A stretch of DNA of 20,000 bases from Welwitschia mirabilis (lineage: Eukaryota): NCBI GenBank assembly GCA_051453625.1, contig JBOZIK010000001.1, positions 22,717,550 to 22,737,549 of the forward strand. Direction: 5' to 3'. The notes beneath the pieces are model-generated. The model made no database searches. It was not told where the DNA came from and saw nothing but the letters and a program-made list of their open reading frames with translations. The first letter of the stretch is position 1. Every line of letters starts with the position of its first letter. The position numbers were made by a program, and so were the translations under genes. Of the stretch, positions 9,836 to 20,000 are shown piece by piece.

Positions 9836-12486
9836 AAAGTAAAAACCAAGTTTTCACAACAATGCTTTTAGAGCTTATTCATATGAATTTGGTAGGACTA
9901 GCCCAAACTTAAAGTTTAGGAGGAAAACATTATTTTTTTAATATGGTTGATGACTTCTCAAGATTACTTGGGTTTCCTTTCTTGCAAACAAATATGAAAT
10001 GTATAAACATTGGATTAAAATATGCAATAAAATTCAAAATGAGAAAGGTTATACCATTAAGAAAATTAGAAGCGATTATGATAGTTTGAAAACCATTTGT
10101 TTGAAAAATATTGTATTGACAATGGTATTGAACACCAATTCTTAGCCCCTAAAACGCCTCAAAAAAATGGAATTACTGAGAGGAAAAATAGAGTCCTCCA
10201 AGAAATGGTAAGAATGATGTTGAATGATAAGGAGGCTCCAAAAACTTTTTGGGCTGAAGTTGTAAGAACCGCTTGTTATATCATAAATAGAGTTTACCTT
10301 ACAACAGGAATAGACAAAACTCCTTATGAGCTTTGGAAAGGAAGAAAACCAAATGTTTCATACTTTAAAGTCTTTGGGAGTAAGTTCTTTGTGTTAAAGG
10401 ATAGAAAACATCTAAGTAAATTTAAATCAAAGGCTGATGAAGTAATATTTTTTGGCTACTCTACTAGAAGTAGAGCTTACTATATTTTCAACAAGAGAGA
10501 AGCTCAACCTTGGAAGAGTCAATAAATGTGTGAATAGATGATGTTAGCACAAAATCTTTTTCTTTCAATGATGAATAAAAGTTATCTCCAAATACTTTCA
10601 CAACAAAAGATAATTCAACTAGAAAGAAGAAGAAGTTCCAACAAAAGAAGTTACTACTAAAAAGTTCAAAGAGCTAAAAGGTCATCCTTTAGGGTCTATC
10701 ATTGGAGATGTTAGCTTAAAGATTAGAACAAGAAACTCAATGAAGAATTTTTGTGTCCACATTTGTTATGTTTCACAAATTGAACCTAAAAAAGTTTAAG
10801 AAGAAGAATCCCATGAAGAATAGATGATGCCCATACCATATGAGTTATAACAGTTCAATAGAAATGATGTATGGAAGCTTGTTGAAAAGAGAAAGGACAA
10901 AAATGTAATTGGGATAAAATGTGATGAGCAAAATAATGTTATCGAAAACAAACCAAGATTAGTGACACAAGGCTACAACCAAATCAAAGGTATTAATATA
11001 GGTAACACGTTTGCTCTTGTAGCAAGGCTAAATAGCATTAGAATGTTTTTATCCTATTTAGCATTTAATAAAATTAAAGTGTATCAAATGGATGTAAAAG
11101 TGCCTTGTTAAATGGAACCCTCAATGAAGAAGTGTATGTAGAACAAACACAAGGATTTATAGATCCTCACAAACTTGATTATGTATATAGACTTAAGAAG
11201 GCTTTATATGGATTGAAATAAGCTCCAAGAGCATGGTATGAAAAATTAGCCACATTTCTAAATGAAAATGGTTATATCCGTGGAATGAAAGATAAAACTT
11301 TATTTGTCAAGAACTTGAAAAAGGATTTTATTATTATTCAAATTTATGTGAATGATATAACTTTTGGTGCCTCTAAAGAAGTTTTATCAAAAGAATTTAC
11401 TAATATCATGACAATACACTTTGAGATGAGTATGCTTGGTGAAGTTAGAATGTTTCTTGACTTACAAATTAAGCAATAAAAAAATGGAATTTTTATATCT
11501 TAGTCTAAAAATGCAAAGGATTTGATCAAACAATTTGGATTGGAAAATGCTAAAACAACTAATACACTTATGTCTACTTCTTGTAAAGTTAGACAAGATG
11601 AACATGAAAAATCAATAGACCATAAACTTTATACAAGTATGATAGGAATTTTGTTATATCTAACTACAAACAGACCTGATATTTATGTTTAATATTATTG
11701 TATGTGCAAGATACCAAATCCAACCAAAATAATCACACTTACAAGCTGTCAATAAGATATATAAAAGATACGTGTGACTTTGGATTATGGTAAGATTTAG
11801 TGATGCATATTTGCCTAGGTGTAAGGATGATAGAAAAAGCACAAATGGTAATTATTTTCTATTAGAATTATGCTTAGTGGGATGAGTTAGTAAAAAACAA
11901 AACTAGATCTCCCTTTCAATAGCTGAAGGTGAGTATATAGCAGCAGGGAGTTGTTGTGATCATTTCTTTTGGATGAAGAAAATGTTAAAGGACTTTGGTG
12001 TATTTTTTGAACAGGTTTCTATTTTCTATGATAATACTAATGCAATTAATATTTCTAAAAACCCTGTTCAACATTCCAGAGCTAAACATATTGAATTGCG
12101 ACACCATTTTCTTTGAGACTAAGTTGAAAAAGGAAATATTTCTATGAATTTTGTTAGTATAGATCGTCAACTTGCTGATATTTTCACTAAACCCCTAAAC
12201 TTCAATAATTTTATTTACCTTTGTAATGAACTGGGAGTTATCTCTTCACCCTATAACTGATTGTAGGATGGTCGATCAGATCTATAATTTGATCGACGGG
12301 ATTTGGTTGATCGACTAGTCTAAAAACCCTATCACTTGAATCTAAAGTATTGTGATCCATCTCTCAATAGGTTAACCAGATCTTAAACCAGTCGACTAGA
12401 CTTATAGAATTATAGTATAGTATAAAAGGTAGTGGACCTAATTTATTTATCAAATCTCACTTTATCGCCCTTTTCTTTAAAGTCTA

Positions 12487-13384
12487 GTGGAGCCCAAACC
12501 CTATCCATTAACTTCTAGCCACCTGTCTCCTTCAAATCTCAGAGAACTTTGTAATATGATGCAACTCTTACAAGATTTGAATCTTTATTACTTTCTTAAT
12601 GTTTTAATACCTACCTACTCCTTTCTCACCAGGATGTTCTACAGCAATGCTTTTTATGATGCCAACAATGAAACCCTGGAAACCTTGGTTTTGGGGAAGA
12701 AGATTAGGGTTACTACAAACCTCATTGCTACCATTACTAATCTTTCAAGAGGAGATTATGATGAGTTTTAGCCTCATCATGGCTCCATGGAAGACAAAGC
12801 TGAGGTAATAAGGAAGCTTTGTGGTAAGTTTCTTAGGTGGAAAACCACCCTTTCTACTTCTCTTATTACCCCAAAGTATAGGTTTTTGTATTTAGTATTT
12901 ACTTATATTTTCTTACCTTTGGTAGGTCATCGTGCCGAGACCTCTAACTACAAGACATATTTGATGTATTTGGTAGGAACTAGGTGGTTTATTACTACTC
13001 TTATCATGGTCTCACAGTTGGAATATCATAGGACTAGGACTCTTCCATACTTAATGTTGATAGCCAAAGCTAGAAACCCTTAACCCTATGTCATTCATTA
13101 GGCATGCGATGTTGTTTTGCATGCATTTCTTTGCAAGTTTTAAGAAATCCTCTAAATCTCCTTCTCCCAAACAAGCCTTACTAGAAGAGACTCTTTCATA
13201 CCTGAGGAGGATAGAATCTTGTACTAGACATATGAAAAAAGCTCTGATCATAGCTAGGTAAGAGATTGTTGACACTTTAGAGGAAGTTGAAAGCTCAACA
13301 TAGAAGGCTTCTAAAGAAGAGGAGGAAGAAGAAGAAGAAGATTGTAAATAAGAATCGGAGGAGGAAGCTGATGAATCTAACTAA
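12487..13384 (+). pseudogene. Extra ORF between pol and the 3' LTR (Sirevirus ENV-like / plant transposon protein-like), disrupted
   Basis: ORFs 12487-12771 and 12787-13083 share a frame and are split by one TAG. Motifs LTRMFYSN, VLGKKI, IFLPLVG and LPYLMLI. After a frameshift the reading continues to an acidic tail EEEEEEEED...EEEADESN* ending at 13384. Confidence 0.75.
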
Positions 13385-13455
13385 TCTTATCTCTTTATTA
13401 TGTTCTTTCTTGTGTTTTCATGCTTGTTTTTCTTTTGTCCTTTGTCATTAATATC

Positions 13456-13879
13456 AAGAGGGGGAGAAATAGTTAGTTTTGTTTAGCTCTATTCAGTTGT
13501 AATTACTCTTGATAAGCAATTTTCTATTGTAATGCCTAATTTTTAGTAATAGAAATGCACTTTATTATCATTTTTGGCTCACATTTTGGTGCACATCTAT
13601 TTAATCATGAACTATAATTTTTGTTATATCTTATGGCTATTAAGTAATTCTTGATCAAAATTTTTTTGTCACATATATTTTGGATTTTGTTTACCTCACA
13701 AATTGTACTATAAATTATTTTAATCATGGCACAAGTTAGAAACTCTTTAAAAATGTCTTATTTGATATAAATGTTCAATATCACTTACAAATTTAATAGG
13801 CAATTTTTGAAGGAGAGATTTTCCAAAATTAATATTTTGAACTAAGTATAGGTTTGTTGTCAATGTCAAAGGGGGAGAT
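13456..13879 (+). promoter_or_regulatory. Multiple polypurine tracts; the terminal PPT is at 13868-13879
   Basis: AAGAGGGGGAGAAA (13456-13469), GAAGGAGAGA (13809-13818) and AAAGGGGGAGAT (13868-13879), the last abutting the 3' LTR. Confidence 0.82.
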
Positions 13880-15380
13880 TATTAAGTTAATAGTTGCTAA
13901 TTTAATGTCAAACTAAAATTTTCTGTTTATCAAAACATGTTGTATCTAGTGCAGAAAATATTAATCATTGTGGATCAGAAGCTAAACTAATTTATTACAA
14001 TTTGAACCTAAACCTATCATTTTTTATATCCTCTTGAGGGATCGACCAGATTCCTAAGGGATCAACCACACTTGAAGCTTACATTGAAATGAACTAATTT
14101 CAGAGGAATCCGACCAGATTACTAAGGGGTCGACCGCACCTGACGCTTACATTGAAATGAACTAATTTCAGAGACATATATAGAGTTGACTAGACTTGAT
14201 CTAATACTTCATAGTTGATCATCAAGGGGTCGACTAGATTCCTGAGGGGTCGATCAAACCCATGCATTAAATTTTTACAACTGATCAACAAGGGGTCAAC
14301 CAGATTATTGAGGGATCAATCAAATTCCTAAGGGATTGACTGGACCTTAGCATCAAACTTTGACAATCGATCATCAAGGGGTTGACCAGATTCCCGAGCA
14401 GTTGATTGAACCTAGAGTGATGTTTTCACTCTTTGTTAGTAACGAATCAACTAGACATTTGTGGGGTTGACCGGACCTGGAGCGAAAAACTATGTTGCAA
14501 CTTTTTCCTAAATAAGGGGGTGACCAAAGGAATATGTGGGTCACTAAACCTGTAGTTGACTGAACTCTAAGGGGTCAACCGGATAGGGAGTTGTATGAAA
14601 CAGGTATCAACCGAAAGAACATGAGGGTAATCAACTTTAGCAATAGCACTAGATGGGGTTGATCAGACATTTCAAAGGGTTGACTAGCTGTGACAGAAAT
14701 GGGATTTTTCTAGCTGTTATGAACATGTTTTCTATCTGTTAGAAGGTCTTTTTACTTATAAAAATGCTAAAATACTTCTCTTATATATTTGCTAGGAGTC
14801 AAAATCATTGCACCACTTTTGAATCATCGTGAAATCTTTTTTTGTGCTCATTGGCATATTCTCTACCTGACCAAAGAAAAACCAAGAGTTGTTGTTGTCA
14901 TTGTGTACTTGGTCAAGTTAGTTTCACTATACACTTGTGGATTATACCATTTTCTCAAGTAGTGTAGTAATATTATTCTTGAGCTAGAGAATGGATGAAA
15001 CCTATGCATTTCGGCACACCATTGTCACCGCTTCACATTCTTGCTAAAAGTTGAGACTGAGCCTCAGAAAAGTCCAATTGTAAAGGTTACAGGTAAACCT
15101 GAAATACCTAGAAAGAGATTAACAAAGATTCAGATCAGGATTGGGTAGAAGTTAATCATCCAGAGTGGAGTAAGGGGTTTCTCGAATCCCTATAAATCTT
15201 GTGTGCATTCTTATTAGTATTTCTGTGCTTTTTGTTCCTTATTTTTCAAAATAGTTTCAGTTTTATTTACACAAGTATTTAAATGTTTATTTCAAGTAAA
15301 GATATTTTTGAATTTATTTGATTTTTTTAAAATCCTATTCATTCCCCCTCCTCCTCCTCTCTAAGTTTCTCAATCCTATA
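13880..15380 (+). repeat. 3' LTR (1501 bp, termini mutated to TA...TA)
   Basis: Starts TATTAAGTTAATA (cf. TGTTGAGTTAATA) and ends AATCCTATA (cf. GATCCTACA), followed by the TSD. Confidence 0.92.
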
Positions 15381-15385
15381 ATCCA
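15381..15385. repeat. Right target-site duplication ATCCA
   Basis: Identical to 6083-6087. Confidence 0.9.
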
Positions 15386-16555
15386 TTATTTATTAAACTT
15401 TGAATCTTAAATCTTATAAGCTTATCAATTTGTGTAAGTACTACACTAAGAACTTTGTCTTCTTTAGGTACATTAGAACTTAATTCATTGTGTGATAAGA
15501 TGGTTTTACTAGGACTTAATTATATACCTTTCTAATATTCCAATTGCATAAGAAATATTATGTTAAATATTGGTAAATAAATTAGAAATAGAACCAATCT
15601 ATAGTAGATATTTTCATCTAGATTTAGAGTTCCCATTGTCATTAATTTTAAATTATAGTCCATGAGCATTAAAACAATCTTTGCATTATTTTAAACTTAT
15701 CCAACATATCATTAATGTATTTTTTTTTAGAAAAGATAATCTTTTTATCTTCTTGAAATATTTTGCATTAAGATTAAATCTCATTAATCTAAAGTTAATA
15801 ATATCAAATGCATTTAGTTAGTCCTTTCTTTACCTTCTAAATTCTTCATTTATTATTTTCAATTGATAAAATATCATTCATGGATAAGATATAGGTAATT
15901 GGGATCTAAAACTTGAGTTGGTAAGAGGCACTTATAGATTTTCGTCCAAAAAATCAAACTAGAAAACCTTGATGAATATGGTAGGATTTCTCATGTTTGT
16001 AAAAATAAAATGAAATAAATTAAAATATGAAAGAGTATTCGTCAATGTTTTGGTATTCAACATTTCAAATTCAATACTTATTAATCTATCCTTTATTTAA
16101 TACAAAGCATAAAGTATCTATTTTAAACCATTAAGATACTCCTTTAATTTGCATATCTTATTCATTTATCTTAAAACTATATGGTTTAGTTGTATATATT
16201 TAATCCTTTAGGAATTCATCTAAGAACTCAATCTGGACATCAAATTTATGCACTTTTCATTCTTTCTAAGCCACTAATGTAACTAATAGATGAATGGTTT
16301 ACTACTAATTCATCAGTTTAAAAACTTCTATTTACTCAAGCTTATGCTTTCTTTTGAAGGTTTTAGAAATCGATATTGAAGTTTAAGTGTTTTACATGGT
16401 TGAACTTGTTATATAATATACACTTGTTTCTTACCAATTTTCTAGCTAGTACTAATTATACTAGGTGCCATATGATATCTTAAATTAACAACTAAATTTT
16501 CATGCAAATTACATGTCTTAAATTAAGATATTTACTTTCCTCTGTGAAATTTGTA
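15386..16555 (-). mobile_element. Highly degenerate Ty1/copia reverse transcriptase relic (right half of the interrupted older element)
   Basis: Minus-strand blocks in the correct order: IWHLV; KVHKFDVQIEFLDEFLKD (about 16257-16203; cf. KVHQLDVKSAFLNGxLxE); ICKLKEYLNGLK* (cf. [13 protein letters not shown]); MNDIL (about 15881; YVDDI); IIFSKKKYINDMLDKFK; NISYAIGILERY; VLMYLKKT. Confidence 0.82.
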
Positions 16556-18217
16556 TGTATAGTACTATAATTAAGTAATAATGCTACATGCTTTTCATCT
16601 TCCTTCATTACTTGATAAAGCACACTCCTCACTTTCAATGTTAATTTTTTTAATTTCATTTAATTTAACATCCTTCAAAATTTGAAAGGTTGCAGAAATT
16701 CTCAAGTTGTAAGAAGATGTTCAAGTACTCTTATAGCCATGTCATTTGAGTCAAAGGACTTTTTCATCTTATTATAACTTCTCCTAAAAGTTTACTTCAT
16801 TAGAAGAAATTTCTTATACCACACTTGTCTTATTTATTAACCCTGATGTTGTTGGATAAGAATTTAGTGTTATTTTGAGTGTTGTCGTGGCTTCTCAAGT
16901 AATTGATAAAGTTAATGATAATTGCATTCTTAAATCTTTTATTATAATAATACATTGATAATATTACTTATACTGCTAAATGCTATACGTTAATGCACAT
17001 AGTTAAGTTTATTTATATAGAAGTTAGCATATGAGATCTTGACATATAGCATATCTAATTAACTAATGTTTATAAGTCAAAAGCTTTAGTGTCTTGGGTT
17101 TGAATCTTATGATGTGTAGGTTGGTTTATAATTGATATCTAGGCATGATCTTTAATGTATTTGTTACAAATCATAAGAAAGACATGGACATTTCTTGGCT
17201 TGCCTCTAAGAAGATAGGAGCCATCCATAGGCTTTTACCTAGCTAAAGTAACAAGTGATCCTGGCAAGTATGGTATGATTCCCATTTATTAACTTGGTTT
17301 AAGAAAAAAAGGGAGGCTAGGGGCAGAGAGGGAAAAGGAAAAAAATCATATGGATTAATACTTTACTTAAGCAAATAAATCGGAATTTACAATAGTTTAA
17401 ACACTAGAATCACATGATTAAAAAATGTAGATAGGGAATTTACTTATGATGTATCAAATAGATGTGTCATGTTTTAACACTACCATCTACCTAAGATGAT
17501 AGACTATAACATGACATAAGAAAAACATAGGCTAAACATGACTTACACACCTAGTCCCAAATTTTTATAAAATGAAATGATATATTGAAGCTTCTCATTA
17601 ACAATATAATACATAAAAATTAATGTGATTTCTTGTTATTAGTAACTCCAAGAGTACTATAAGAAGTAGCCACATGGAGTGCCTTTTAATGTTGCTTGAC
17701 TTATTTCCTCTTCCTATGATTCCTTATTATCATTAGGTAGTCTAGCAATAATTTGGTAGATCTCTTTTCACTAATTTCTATGGTTTAATGTTTCATTCAG
17801 TGTACTTTAGTTGTATGACAAGTTAGGCTAAGGTTTCTTAATGTGAAATGGTAGATCTAGAAAATCTTGAGTTTTCTTATATTTATCTAATGGTCCTATC
17901 TTTTCTTCCTAGGTATGTTTTGATGTTTGTTCTACTACTTTTACTTTTTCTTCCATAAAAGGGATGAAAGGGATTCCATTTTTTTACCTACACTAGGAAT
18001 TGACTATATGCAAGCTATTAACTCCTAATAAATACCCCTAGTTATGCATGTCAAATTTTGGGTAACTAAATCCATCTGCACTTCTTGTAAGTCCTATTAT
18101 GTATTTAGTTTTCTATATGTTAAGAGCTTGAATCTTCATAATCTTTGCAATTTTTTATTCATTTCTTATTGTATGATAAACTTAGGTATAACTAAAAAAT
18201 TGTTTTATACCCCACTG

Positions 18218-18438
18218 TCTTTCTGATCTCAGTGCATTTCAGTGCTCTACTAGAAATTCCCTCTGCTCCTACTGTAATCTAGCTTTATAGTTTCCAATGT
18301 CTAGGGTTGATCCCTGGGATTTAACGGAGGACTTGAAAAGCCACCTACAGACACTTTATGCCCAATAAATCCGAATAACTCTTGCATCCTCTATATTACC
18401 GCGACTGCTGGCACAAAGTTAGCTTATGCTTATTCCTC
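18218..18438 (-). pseudogene. rrn16: Plastid-derived 16S rRNA fragment (V4 region), NUPT
   Basis: TATTACCGCGaCTGCTGGCAC is the reverse complement of the universal 515-region motif. GAAATTCCCTCTGC, AAAAGCCACCTACAGAC and CTTGCATCCTCT match the plastid-type sequence. Many C>T/G>A changes. Confidence 0.9.
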
Positions 18439-18472
18439 TAGGGGAGGTTTGAGAGATAATGGTTTACCCTGT

Positions 18473-18507
18473 GGCGGATGTCAGTGGTTCGAGTCTATTT
18501 ATCTCCA
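18473..18507 (+). pseudogene. trnA-UGC: Plastid trnA-UGC 3' exon, preceded by the end of its group II intron, NUPT
   Basis: GGCGGATGTCAGtGGTTCGAGTCtatTTATCTCCA versus plastid GGCGGATGTCAGCGGTTCGAGTCCGCTTATCTCCA; preceded by TTACCCTGT. Confidence 0.88.
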
Positions 18508-18650
18508 TCCCTTGATCCTATTCAACCAGGATAGCACAAAATTCTTCAGACTCGGGATCTAAGATTTTTCATGGATCTTGATAAGATCTGGAATATTTAT
18601 TTAGGATAGGAGCACCTTAGTTCTACTAACTAAATAAATGAATGGTAAGG

Positions 18651-18737
18651 TTCAAATGAAGAAGGGCTTATGGTGGATACCTAGGCACCCCGAGACGAGG
18701 AAGGGCGTGATCAACGACGAAATGCTTTGGGGATTGA
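18651..18737 (+). pseudogene. rrn23: Plastid 23S rRNA 5' end fragment, NUPT
   Basis: TTCAAA...GGTGGATACCTAGGCACCC.GAGACGAGGAAGGGCGT...CGACGAAATGCTT, about 143 bp after trnA as in the plastid rrn operon. Confidence 0.9.
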
Positions 18738-20000
18738 TTTGTTCTTATCCTTCTCTTTCAATTGTGTGAGTCATTAGTCAATTCTTTTTTTTTTTAATGT
18801 TTTGATTATCTTTTATTAGCTTAAATTTTTTGGGCTTTGAGGCTATAGTGTCCCTTTATATGTTTTCAATTCCATTCTGTTACCTTTTATTGAAAATATT
18901 TTACAAGACTCAGTGTGTCACTTATGACAATTGTTTTACTAATGTAAGAGAGACCATTATTCTATTACAAATTTCCAGACTAAATCCACCATATCCAAAA
19001 TCATTGAAGGAAGAAACTGTCCCAACCATATTTTCAACCTTTTCTTTTTAATTTAATAAATTTAATCATAATATCTTTACTAACATAGTTGCATCTAATC
19101 ACTTTCACTCATGTGCATAAGTGTGTGCAAGAAAAGATACTTTAATTTAGTTATTGTTATCATACAAGAAAAATATCTATTTTTATTCTACTATAAAAAT
19201 CTACTCATTCAAAACAACTACTTTATAATGTTTTATTACTTCAACTATCTTAGGTTATAGCCTACTATAAGACTTTAATGAAAATAAAGGGTGATGTTGA
19301 GAGACCCCAAAATTTACTAATGTTGAAACTTCAAATATGCTCTAACACCCTAATAACAAAATATAACATCAGCATTTGTTTTTATAAACTTATAAACATT
19401 TCTTATTTAGTAAGGGATTAAATCCTTGTTATTCTCCTCTATCAAATGCATTAATTTTGATAGAAACTTTAAACTTTGTAACATCCATCACAAGAATTTA
19501 TGACTTTCTTAATAATGGCTAGCTTTAAGGTGATCTTCTCCTCCATGATACCTTAAATTAGTTTTCAAAGGGGTCTTTCCTACTAACTAACCATACAACT
19601 CTTAAGTAATTTCAAGAGAAAAGCTAACTTCCTTTTCTTGGGCCTTAATTTCTTTGGGAAGGAGGGAAAGTCTCTTGTTTACATTAAAGGATGATATGAT
19701 TTATCGAGAATAAATATACTGAAGGAAAACTATAATTAGTCACGAATCCTTATCAAGATTTTTCAATGAAACATTGCAACAAAACTTTCCACTTCTGAAC
19801 AATAATATATAAGATTCAAAACTATTTCAAAAGATTCTGAAATTTCACAATTTTTCCATTTGATAACAAATACAATATCTCATAAATACATGGGCAAGAT
19901 TTAAGATTTTAATAAATTTCATTAGATAATAACTGAAAAATTTGACCTTCAAATAACAAGTTTTATTGCAAAATTTCAAGAAGGAAAATCATCATCCCAT

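Larger units (their letters stand above)
7511..12260 (+). pseudogene. gag-pol pseudogene with many stops, frameshifts and small deletions
   Basis: NYAY*KAHM; AKEAWDILEITHEG; KVLRSLPKRFEPKV; zinc knuckles at about 8558-8598 and 9101-9142 (CHFCGKCSHSKLFC); protease WHLNSSCSRHM (9311-9343); integrase KTPQKNGITERKNR, FWAEVV, KTPYELWKGRKP; RT YQMDVK, LYGLK*APRAWY, QIYVNDI; RNase H DRKST, AEGEY, NPVQHSRAKHI, QLADIFTKPL; stop at 12258-12260. Confidence 0.93.
6088..15380 (+). mobile_element. Full-length degenerate Ty1/copia LTR retrotransposon, Sirevirus (SIRE/Maximus)-like
   Basis: Two LTRs, 5-bp TSD, PBS and PPTs; domain order gag-PR-INT-RT-RH; extra 3' ORF; C-rich CTATTCACCCCCC near the LTR end; palindromic repeated motifs. 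Confidence 0.93.

Noticed and set aside
9519..9912. ORFs spanning the N runs (also 8190-8701)
   Set aside because: Their length is an artefact of translating Ns; only the flanking parts are gag/pol relics.
16900..18210. Continuation of the old copia element (integrase/gag) or other genes
   Set aside because: I could not read convincing motifs on either strand; probably decayed repeat, left unannotated.
18218..18737. Functional rRNA/tRNA genes or bacterial contamination
   Set aside because: The pieces are short, mutated, rearranged, plastid-type (intron-split trnA) and embedded in nuclear repeat DNA.

Overview
Plant nuclear DNA, AT-rich outside exons. (1) 96-2742 (+): last six exons of a GH36 raffinose-synthase/seed-imbibition-protein (alkaline alpha-galactosidase-like) gene, with an intact spliced frame. 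(2) 6088-15380 (+): a full-length but dead Ty1/copia LTR retrotransposon with Sirevirus (SIRE/Maximus) hallmarks: 1.36 and 1.50 kb LTRs, ATCCA target-site duplication, tRNA-iMet PBS, extended gag with two zinc knuckles, an extra ENV-like ORF after pol, multiple PPTs and palindromic GGTCGACC-type repeats. (3) That element sits inside a much older antisense copia element and splits it at the RT/RNase H boundary: RT lies to the right (about 15386-16555) and RNase H to the left (about 5725-6082). This relic is essentially invisible in the ORF track. (4) About 18218-18737: a small rearranged plastid insertion (NUPT) made of a 16S fragment (-) fused to trnA-UGC exon 2 and the 23S 5' end (+). There are two N-gaps, one flanked by a probable assembly duplication. 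I see no evidence of a wholly new biological system. The most interesting points are the nested insertion, the ENV-like ORF with a candidate internal promoter, and the chimeric NUPT. All alignments were made by eye against remembered consensus motifs; no database search was run.
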